Below, piece after piece: positions 7,389 through 14,262 of a stretch of 24,000 nt of DNA. The notes under the pieces are model-generated. The model was not told the origin of the DNA and made no database searches. It was given only the letters and a program-made list of their open reading frames with translations. Every line of letters begins with the position of its first letter. The stretch's first letter is position 1. Source of the DNA: Sulfurihydrogenibium sp. YO3AOP1 (GTDB lineage Bacteria > Aquificota > Aquificia > Aquificales > Hydrogenothermaceae); the NCBI RefSeq assembly GCF_000020325.1, contig NC_010730.1, forward strand, positions 1,712,175 through 1,736,174. The letters are read 5' to 3'. Position numbers and translations under genes: made by a program.

Positions 7389-10300
7389 TCAGTTATCACG
7401 TCTTATTTTAATTTTTTCAAACAATTCAAAAAGTATAGCTTGATAATCTTTTTCGCCAATTTCTACCTCATCCATAAGCTCTTCTAATTTTCTTGTAAAC
7501 TCCTCTGATAAAAACTCTCTTACATGCTTTAAGCTGTTTAAATACTGATAAACTTTTATACCCATAGAAGTTGGAAATAGTAAACCTTTCTTTTCTATTA
7601 CATATTTTCTTTCAAGAAGTTTAGCAATGATTGTTGCATATGTGGAAGGTCTTCCGATGCCTCTTTCTTTCATTCTAAATACAAGTTCCCCATGGGTAAA
7701 TGGAAATGCCTTTGGCATGATTTTAAATTGTTTATTATTACTTATATCAATTATTCCCTCTAAATCTGGATGAAGTTCGGCCGGTAATATTTTATTCCAT
7801 CCATCTTGAATAATATCTGTATGTAAAACTTTTTCTAATTCAAATCCAAAGCCTTTTATGATTACATCTTTCGCTTTAAATTTAACAGCTCTCATTTGAG
7901 AAGCTATGAAACGTTTAAAGATAAGGTCGTAAAGCTTTATATGGTCAAAGGTTAAACCTTCGTACTGACCGCTTAAAATCATGGATTTTAGCTCTTCTGT
8001 TTCCATTGCTCTTGTTGGTCTTATACATTCATGAGCTCCACCTTCTCCCCAAACTCTCGCCTGGAAATAATCCTTTCCAAATGCTTCTTCTATATACTCT
8101 CTTGCTAAAGCTATACCAACATCAGAAACTCTTGTTGAATCTGTTCTATGGTATGTAATATATCCAAGCTCAAATAGGTCTTGTGCTAATTCCATTGTTT
8201 TTGGGAGTGAAAATCTGTATCTATCGCTCGCATCTTTTAGCATTGTGTCTGTTCTGTATGGTGGAAGAGGATTTTTATCTTCTTCTTTAACTTCCTTTAC
8301 AATAATTTCAATGTTGTTTAAATTATTAAAGATATTTTCTGCATCTTGCTTGTTTTGATAGTCTATGTCCAATTCAAGCTTTTTACTGTCTTGCTGAAGT
8401 GTGATTGTTATTCTGTAAATTTTTTGCTTTCTTTCTTTTTCTCTTTCTATAATCCATCCAAGTACAGGTGTTTGAACTCTACCTGCCGAAAGCCAATTTT
8501 TACCAAAAGCTTTTTGCAGTAGCTGAGAGTATTCAAACCCAACCCATCTGTCCGCCACTCTTCTAACTATTTGTGCTTTTACTAAATTTTCATCAAAATC
8601 TCTTGGGTTTTTGATTGCATTAATGATTGCTTTTTTTGTTACTTCATGAAATTCCATTCTTTGAATATTTTTAACGTAAGGTTTTAAAAGTAGTTCAACA
8701 TCCCATCCTATCTTTTCGCCTTCTGTGTCCGGGTCTGATGCAACGTATACTTCTAAACTCTCAAAGCTTACAGACCTGATGCTTTCTATGATTTCTTCCT
8801 TTCCTTCAATTGATTCATAAACTGGCACAATATGGTCTTTCACAAAAACTCCATAATATCCAAGCTCTTTATTAAGGTCGAGAATATGACCTAAGGAGGC
8901 AGTAATCATTAAGTATCTATCATCTATTGATGTCTCTAAGATTTCATGGTCGTTTACTCTTCTTCTTACAGCTTTTCCAAAGAAGTTTGCTATAGTTCTT
9001 GCTTTGTTTGGAGATTCTACTACTATTAAAACTGGCTTTAAGATGCTTTCTACTTTCTCAAACTTAATCTCACCTTTTAGTATCTTTCTTACCTTTTCTC
9101 TGTCTGAGTCTATCTCTTTAAGAATTTTGGCTAAATCAATTGACTTAAAATCTACAAATTCAATATCATCACTAAACCATCTGACTCTCTTTTGTAGATG
9201 ATTAAAGGCTTTTTTATCGTCTATCAAAATTACTGATAATCCTTTCGTGATTCCACCGCTGTACATTCTGGAAGTTCTTCCGCTTGCTTGCAAGTATCCT
9301 GTTACATCAGATACAACAAGCTTATATCCATCTTCATCTTTTCTAAGGGTAACTTCGTTAGATTCTTTTAAAAGATTTATTATCTCTTCTGAGTTTAAAA
9401 ACTGTCCTACTTCCAATCTTAGATTGTCTACTTTTTCTTTTAGATTTGGATTGTTTTGTAAAAATTCTTCTGTTAGATACTGATATTTTTTTAATTGAGT
9501 TATCCATTTATCAATTTGGATTGCATACTGTGGAAATTTTTTCAAAATGTATGCTCTTATAGAACTAAGTGCCCAAAGTAGATGACTTAGATTTGCTTCA
9601 AATTTTAATGATAGTACGATTTTTGGAACGCCATAAAAAATTGCATATCTGATTACATGAGGAAGGTCTATACCTCTTGCCAATGGGTTTCTGTAAGAAG
9701 AGATGCCAATCAAAACATCTATCTTTCCATTTTCGTATTTCTTTAAGATTTCGTCATCAATCTCTTCATAAGTAGCAGCCTTAACTCCTTTTTTTGTTAG
9801 ATATTCTTTAACTTCTTCAACATATTCTTTCTTTTTGTCAGAAGGTATGAATACAAGTCCGCCTTTCCCAAGTTTTTTTATAAGTTCTGATAATTCGTGA
9901 TTTTCTATATCATCGTAAGAATCTACGATGTTTCTCAAGTAAAATGTTGGAGTTCCTACTTCAAAGCCAAGAAGTTCTCTAAAAAGCTTTATTCTATTTG
10001 ACTTTGGGTTTGAAGTTGCCGATGAAACTATTAGCACACCTTTTCTTTTTGCTTCTATCTTTCTAAGCTTTTCTGTAAGCTGGTTTATTTTGTTCCAATC
10101 TTCATCTGTCTTATTCTGCTTTGCTTTTAGTTTGATAACTTCTAACGCAAGGTTTATATCCTTCTCATCAAAGCCAAGTAAATAAAGTGCTTTGTCTATG
10201 TTTTTTGCGGTTTTTAAGAAGGAATCTACATCATCAACAAACACAAGAGAAAAATCTTTTGGAATCTTGTCATGATTTTTGTATAGAAACATAGAAGTTG

Positions 10301-10823
10301 TAATCAGTACAGAAAAATCTCCATCTTTAAGTCTTTCTAATTTGGCTTCTTTTTCTTTTTTGTTTTCTTCGCCAAAGAATAGGATTTGGTCTTCTTTTAG
10401 CTTGAATATCTGGGTAAGTTTTTTTACAGTTTGATTGACTAACAGCTTTGTTGGAAGGATTATGTAAGATTTTTTATTTTTTTGTGTTAAGTACGATGCA
10501 ACTGATAGACCAAAAGAAGTTTTACCTATGCCGGTAGGGGCTAAAAGTGCAAAAGAGCAATTTAAAAAAAATCTTTTAGCCCAAGTTATCTGTAAGCTCC
10601 ATGGATGAGAACCTATATGCTTGCTAAAAAAGTTTTGCCAATTACTAACTTCATCATCAATATCACATAATATTTTAAACTTTCCTTTTTTTAAAACATC
10701 ACAAACTTCTTCTTTTGGCTCTTGTGGTAAACATCTATCACAAGGTAAGCCTTTGTATAATCTTTCTGACGTAATATCTCCGCCACAGTTAGGACAGAGG
10801 TTTTTAAAAATGCTTGCTATCAT
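7389..10823 (-). CDS. rgy: Reverse gyrase (helicase-like domain fused to a type IA topoisomerase)
   Basis: 1144 aa. There is an N-terminal zinc finger (CPNCGG...CDRC), a Walker A motif (LLAPTGIGKT) and a DDVD box. The Toprim region reads VESPNKARTIANFFG...SDPDTEGEKI, and YITYHRTDS contains the catalytic tyrosine. The length and domain order are diagnostic. Confidence 0.97.
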   Translation of the reverse strand: MIASIFKNLCPNCGGDITSERLYKGLPCDRCLPQEPKEEVCDVLKKGKFKILCDIDDEVSNWQNFFSKHIGSHPWSLQITWAKRFFLNCSFALLAPTGIGKTSFGLSVASYLTQKNKKSYIILPTKLLVNQTVKKLTQIFKLKEDQILFFGEENKKEKEAKLERLKDGDFSVLITTSMFLYKNHDKIPKDFSLVFVDDVDSFLKTAKNIDKALYLLGFDEKDINLALEVIKLKAKQNKTDEDWNKINQLTEKLRKIEAKRKGVLIVSSATSNPKSNRIKLFRELLGFEVGTPTFYLRNIVDSYDDIENHELSELIKKLGKGGLVFIPSDKKKEYVEEVKEYLTKKGVKAATYEEIDDEILKKYENGKIDVLIGISSYRNPLARGIDLPHVIRYAIFYGVPKIVLSLKFEANLSHLLWALSSIRAYILKKFPQYAIQIDKWITQLKKYQYLTEEFLQNNPNLKEKVDNLRLEVGQFLNSEEIINLLKESNEVTLRKDEDGYKLVVSDVTGYLQASGRTSRMYSGGITKGLSVILIDDKKAFNHLQKRVRWFSDDIEFVDFKSIDLAKILKEIDSDREKVRKILKGEIKFEKVESILKPVLIVVESPNKARTIANFFGKAVRRRVNDHEILETSIDDRYLMITASLGHILDLNKELGYYGVFVKDHIVPVYESIEGKEEIIESIRSVSFESLEVYVASDPDTEGEKIGWDVELLLKPYVKNIQRMEFHEVTKKAIINAIKNPRDFDENLVKAQIVRRVADRWVGFEYSQLLQKAFGKNWLSAGRVQTPVLGWIIEREKERKQKIYRITITLQQDSKKLELDIDYQNKQDAENIFNNLNNIEIIVKEVKEEDKNPLPPYRTDTMLKDASDRYRFSLPKTMELAQDLFELGYITYHRTDSTRVSDVGIALAREYIEEAFGKDYFQARVWGEGGAHECIRPTRAMETEELKSMILSGQYEGLTFDHIKLYDLIFKRFIASQMRAVKFKAKDVIIKGFGFELEKVLHTDIIQDGWNKILPAELHPDLEGIIDISNNKQFKIMPKAFPFTHGELVFRMKERGIGRPSTYATIIAKLLERKYVIEKKGLLFPTSMGIKVYQYLNSLKHVREFLSEEFTRKLEELMDEVEIGEKDYQAILFELFEKIKIRRDN

Positions 10824-10872
10824 TATTTTCTACCTCTTTTGATCTGATTAAAATTTTTGTTTTGTGTATTAA

Positions 10873-10901
10873 ATTATATACAAATCGTAAACTTTTAGGA
10901 A
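10873..10901 (-). promoter_or_regulatory. Possible sigma-70-type promoter for rgy
   Basis: On the minus strand there is a perfect TATAAT at 10878-10873, about 50 nt upstream of the rgy ATG. A weak -35 (TTCCTA, 10901-10896) lies at 17-nt spacing. This rests on a sequence match only. Confidence 0.3.
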
Positions 10902-10964
10902 ACAAAGATGGAAATAAAAGATTATTAAAAATAGGTAAGTAAAAGTAGTATAAAAGTGTTAATT

Positions 10965-10992
10965 GTTGGGGCGATTCACGGATCGCCCGTAC
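10965..10992. repeat. 28-nt imperfect palindromic repeat (GTAGGGGCAATTCATGAATTGCCCCTAC type)
   Basis: The sequence is gttggggcgattcacggatcgcccgtac, with a 7-bp GC-rich stem GGGCGAT/ATCGCCC. A related copy, gtaagggcaattcatgaattgttcctac, lies at 21550-21577. Confidence 0.6.
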
Positions 10993-11076
10993 ATAACAGT
11001 TCATTAGACGAGCTTTGCGTATTTCATCTCAAATGGTAAAGATTAAATATCCCATGTATTATGTTAACGCTTCTTA

Positions 11077-11451
11077 TTACAATCCGGCAATCATTTCTAT
11101 CTCTACTAATGCATCTTTTGGAAGTCTGCTGACTTCTACCGTTGACCTTGCTGGTTTATGCTCAGTAAAGTATTGACCATATATTTCATTAACTTTTGCA
11201 AAATCGTTTAAATCTTTTAAATAGATCGTTGTTTTTATTACATGATTAAAGTTTAATCCTGCTTCTTCAAGAATTGCTTTTATATTTTCCATAATGACTT
11301 TTGTTTGTTCTGCGGCATCTTTGCCTACAAGTTCATTTGTTTTTGGGTCTATTGCAATTTGTCCTGATAAGAATATTAAGTTTTCATACTTAACAGCTTG
11401 AGAATATGGACCTATTGGTTTTGGTGCATTTTCTGTGTATATTGCTTGCAT
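11077..11451 (-). CDS. ridA: RidA/YjgF/TdcF-family reactive-intermediate deaminase
   Basis: 124 aa. [15 protein letters not shown]...[12 protein letters not shown]...[22 protein letters not shown] is a full-length match to the RidA family pattern. Confidence 0.9.
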   Translation of the reverse strand: MQAIYTENAPKPIGPYSQAVKYENLIFLSGQIAIDPKTNELVGKDAAEQTKVIMENIKAILEEAGLNFNHVIKTTIYLKDLNDFAKVNEIYGQYFTEHKPARSTVEVSRLPKDALVEIEMIAGL

Positions 11452-11452
11452 C

Positions 11453-12172
11453 TTAAATCTCCTTGAGATCTATTTTTCCTTCGTATATAGCTTTACCAAC
11501 GACTACGCCAAAAATTCCAAACTCTCTTTTTTCATAAAGCTTTATCACATCTTCTAAACTGCCAACGCCACCTGATGCAATGACTGGATGTTTTAGATTT
11601 TTTGCAAGTTCAACTGTTGCTTCTACGTTTGCTCCTATCATTGATCCATCTCTGCTTACATCTGTAAATAAAAATCCAAATATATCTAAATCATCATATT
11701 TTTTAGCAAATTCTAATGGTGAAACTTCTGTTTTTTCTGTCCAGCCTTTAATGGCAACCTTTCCATCTTTTGCATCTATTCCAACAATTACTTTATTTGG
11801 AAAGCTTTCAACTATTTTATAAAACTCTTCTGGATTTTGATAAGCCAAGCTGCCAATTACAACTCTTTCAACGCCTAAATCTAAAACAGCTTTAACAGCT
11901 TCAAAACTTCTAAGCCCTCCACCAAATTCTATTGGAATATTAACAGACCTAACTATGCTCTCTAAGATTTTTATGTTTTTTGGCAGCCCTTCTAATGCAC
12001 CGTCTAAATCTACAACGTGAATATGCTCAGCCCCTGCATCCTCAAAATATTTTGCCATATCAATAGGATTTTCGTTATAAACCTTTACTTTATCAAACTC
12101 ACCTTTATAAAGCCTTACAACTTTTCCACCTTTTATATCAATAGCTGGAATGATAAACTCTTTTAATGTCAT
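11453..12172 (-). CDS. hisA: Phosphoribosylformimino-5-aminoimidazole carboxamide ribotide isomerase HisA
   Basis: [20 protein letters not shown]...[10 protein letters not shown]...GGGLRS...VIGS...[11 protein letters not shown] is the typical HisA (beta-alpha)8 pattern. I prefer the ATG at 12172 (AGGAG, then 6 nt) over the TTG at 12175 used by the ORF track. Confidence 0.92.
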   Translation of the reverse strand: MTLKEFIIPAIDIKGGKVVRLYKGEFDKVKVYNENPIDMAKYFEDAGAEHIHVVDLDGALEGLPKNIKILESIVRSVNIPIEFGGGLRSFEAVKAVLDLGVERVVIGSLAYQNPEEFYKIVESFPNKVIVGIDAKDGKVAIKGWTEKTEVSPLEFAKKYDDLDIFGFLFTDVSRDGSMIGANVEATVELAKNLKHPVIASGGVGSLEDVIKLYEKREFGIFGVVVGKAIYEGKIDLKEI

Positions 12173-12190
12173 CAAATACTCCTTATTAAA

Positions 12191-12266
12191 AGTGAGAAAG
12201 TGAGTAAGTGGATAAGTGAGAGGTGGGTAAAGACTGGGAAGTATTTACACATCACACATCACACAT
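12191..12266 (+). repeat. Bipartite skewed repeat: a GTGAG-rich half followed by a CACAT-rich half
   Basis: agtgagaaagtgagtaagtggataagtgagaggtggg lies at 12191-12227 and acacatcacacatcacacat at 12247-12266. An element with the same layout and orientation lies at 21863-21928. Confidence 0.4.
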
Positions 12267-12268
12267 TG

Positions 12269-12754
12269 CTAATTAAAATTTATGCTTTTTTCTGATGTTT
12301 TTGATAAATGTCCAAACAATAAAGACGCTTCTTTGATATTTTTAGCAATATCTACTGAAAAAGATTTTAGATTTTCTAAATCTTCTTTTAGATTTTCAAG
12401 CTCCATCATGCTTTGAGCTAAAAAGTCTATTATATCTTTCTCATAAATTGTAAAATTCTCCGGAAATAATGGAGTATGGACTTCTAAAGACGGGATTGTA
12501 AAAATGATCCACGCAAGGGCACTAAGGGCTATATTACAAACGTCATCAGCTTTTTCTTTACTTTCTATTTCCGGGATTTTATTAACGATTTCTGAAATTT
12601 TATTTAGAGTCTCTGCAAAGTTGTTTAAAATAAATATTGAATCTTCCAATGATATAATACTACCTTCTTTTACTATCTTATCTATCTTCTTTTGCCCAAA
12701 GTAGATAAAAGATTCAACATCGTATATCATCAAATCAATTTTGTCTCTTATCAT
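12269..12754 (-). CDS. Hypothetical protein (161 aa) translationally coupled to fliA
   Basis: Its ATG overlaps the fliA stop in an ATGA arrangement (12754-12751), with GGAGG just upstream. The protein is predicted to be mainly helical and acidic, with one hydrophobic stretch (ALSALAWIIFTIPSL). I recognise no family. Confidence 0.6.
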   Translation of the reverse strand: MIRDKIDLMIYDVESFIYFGQKKIDKIVKEGSIISLEDSIFILNNFAETLNKISEIVNKIPEIESKEKADDVCNIALSALAWIIFTIPSLEVHTPLFPENFTIYEKDIIDFLAQSMMELENLKEDLENLKSFSVDIAKNIKEASLLFGHLSKTSEKSINFN

Positions 12755-13479
12755 CTTCCTCCTACATATTTCTCAATCAACTTCCTAATTTTTAACATAA
12801 TTTTTGTATGAAGTTGTGAAACCCTTGATTCTGTACAGCCCAAAATTTCTGCGATCTCTTTCATGTTTAAGTCTTCATAATAGTAAAGCGTAACTATCAA
12901 TTTTTCTCTTTCATCAAGCTTATTCATTATTATATCAGAAAGAATTTCTTTAAGTTGTTTTTCTTCTACATACTTTTCCGGTGTATCGTCATTTGTTGAA
13001 ATAACTTCCCAAAGGTGCAAGCTTTCATCGTCATCTTTACTAACATCAGAATCTAAGGATATTAGAATTTTATTAACTGCTTTTTCTGCATATATCATAT
13101 ACTCTTCAAGGCTCATACCGAGATATTCTGCTATCTCTTCTGGCTTTGCTTCTCTTCCTAATTTTGTTTCAAGTTCTACGATTTTGTTTTCAAGATTTTT
13201 TACTTTATTTCTTATGTTTCTTGGTATCCAATCAAGCTGTCTAAGATGGTCGAGGATATATCCTCTTACTCTGATTTCTGCATAGGTTGAGAATTTTACT
13301 CCTTTTGCTGGGTCAAACTTTTCAAGAGCATCATATAGCCCTAATACTCCAACTTGAAAAAGGTCTTCTTCGTCTACTATTGGCGGTAAATTTTGATGTT
13401 TTAATGCTTTTACTATGTAATTTATTTTAGGTAGGAATTCTTTAATTATGTTTGTTTTTTCCTCTTTTCTTAGTTGCAT
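12751..13479 (-). CDS. fliA: Flagellar RNA polymerase sigma factor FliA (sigma-28 / WhiG family)
   Basis: 242 aa. Region 2 reads DLFQVGVLGLYDALEKFDPAKGVKFSTYAEIRVRGYILDHLR. Region 3 includes the PEEIAEYLGMSLEEY helix. Region 4 reads LNMKEIAEILGCTESRVSQLHTKIMLKIR. GGGAGG lies upstream of the ATG. Confidence 0.9.
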   Translation of the reverse strand: MQLRKEEKTNIIKEFLPKINYIVKALKHQNLPPIVDEEDLFQVGVLGLYDALEKFDPAKGVKFSTYAEIRVRGYILDHLRQLDWIPRNIRNKVKNLENKIVELETKLGREAKPEEIAEYLGMSLEEYMIYAEKAVNKILISLDSDVSKDDDESLHLWEVISTNDDTPEKYVEEKQLKEILSDIIMNKLDEREKLIVTLYYYEDLNMKEIAEILGCTESRVSQLHTKIMLKIRKLIEKYVGGR

Positions 13480-13535
13480 CGTATTCCTCCCGTAATTAGT
13501 ATTTTTTCACTAATTTTTTACTTTATAAAAATATA

Positions 13536-13551
13536 AGCAAAATCTATGCCA
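13536..13551 (-). promoter_or_regulatory. Sigma-54 (RpoN) -24/-12 type promoter match upstream of fliA
   Basis: The minus strand reads T-TGGCAT-AGATT-TTGCT, against the consensus YTGGCAC-N5-TTGCW. The GG and GC dinucleotides are at exact consensus spacing. The -12 element lies about 57 nt upstream of the fliA ATG, inside the 123-bp acpS-fliA gap. Confidence 0.5.
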
Positions 13552-13602
13552 ATCATTATATGCTGTAATTTAAGATGTAGTAGAAAAAGAGTGCAGTTAA
13601 AA

Positions 13603-13968
13603 TTATGCAGTGTATATGATTACTGTAGCGATTGAGTATTTTTTTTCGTGAGATAGAGAGAGTTTTATCTTGAAATTGTAAGGGTTTTCTATGTTATGCA
13701 GTAAAATTTCTGCAGGTTGGTTTTTGTGTCCTAAGATTTCTATTTGTTTAAATGTAAGTATTTCTTTAAAGGCTTGGTAGTATGCTTTAATGGTTGCTTC
13801 TTTTGCAGCAAATCTTGCAGAAAGGCATTGTATGTATTCTTTTTTATTAAGGCAGTATTCTATTTCTCTTTGTGTATAAATCCTTGTTAGGAATTTATCT
13901 TTGTATTTTTCATAGGCTTGTTGTATTCTTTTGTTTTCTACTATATCGGTTCCTATGTATATTTCCAT
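13603..13968 (-). CDS. acpS: Holo-[acyl-carrier-protein] synthase (4'-phosphopantetheinyl transferase) AcpS
   Basis: 121 aa. IGTDIVENKRI...RFAAKEATIKA...LSLSHEKKYSIATVII matches the AcpS pattern. AGGAGA lies upstream of the ATG. Confidence 0.85.
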   Translation of the reverse strand: MEIYIGTDIVENKRIQQAYEKYKDKFLTRIYTQREIEYCLNKKEYIQCLSARFAAKEATIKAYYQAFKEILTFKQIEILGHKNQPAEILLHNIENPYNFKIKLSLSHEKKYSIATVIIYTA

Positions 13969-13994
13969 TAGTTAGGCTTCTCCTGTTTTTACGA

Positions 13995-14012
13995 ATTTTC
14001 TATAATCTTTAT
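13995..14012. repeat. Left copy of a perfect 18-bp direct repeat flanking MITE copy c
   Basis: attttctataatctttat occurs identically at 13995-14012 and 14263-14280. The bases immediately outside the repeat differ on both sides. Confidence 0.9.
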
Positions 14013-14262
14013 ACGTCGGATGAGAAATTCAATAAAAGTAGGAGATTCTTCGTCGGCTCCAGAATGACAGAGTAGGAGTATAAAGGCGGAGATTCTTCGC
14101 TTATGCTCAGAATGACAGATTAAGGTGGCTTTGTCATCCTGAGGCTGTAAGCCGAAGGATCTCTTTCCTTGCATTACCATACCCGTCATCCTGAGGACAT
14201 AAATCCGAAGGATCTCCTTTTTAAATTCTATGAAAATCCCTAATTTCTCACCTAAAGTATGC
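14011..14262. mobile_element. Foldback MITE-like repeat, copy c (forward, nested double-module version), inserted in the 3' end of the methyltransferase gene
   Basis: Left terminal repeat atacgtcggatgagaaattc is at 14011-14030 and right terminal repeat taatttctcacctaaagtat at 14241-14260. The outer module pair is at 14041-14068 / 14185-14217. A second, complete module pair is nested inside at 14088-14116 / 14133-14163. The element is flanked by the perfect 18-bp direct repeat. Confidence 0.8.

Noticed and set aside
7389-7420. Sigma-28 promoter (TAAA-N15-GCCGATAA) upstream of the MCP gene
   Set aside because: The best candidate -10 is CGTGATAA (5/8), with no TAAA at the required 15-nt spacing. 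The match is too weak to call.
10965-10992. Intrinsic terminator downstream of ridA
   Set aside because: A GC-rich hairpin is present but is not followed by a T/U tract on the minus strand. It is better explained as a REP-like palindromic repeat.
10804-11004. 66-aa minus-strand ORF overlapping the rgy start (…VRAIRESPQQ…)
   Set aside because: It reads through the 28-nt palindromic repeat and overlaps the rgy start region. It has no RBS and low-complexity AT-rich codons.
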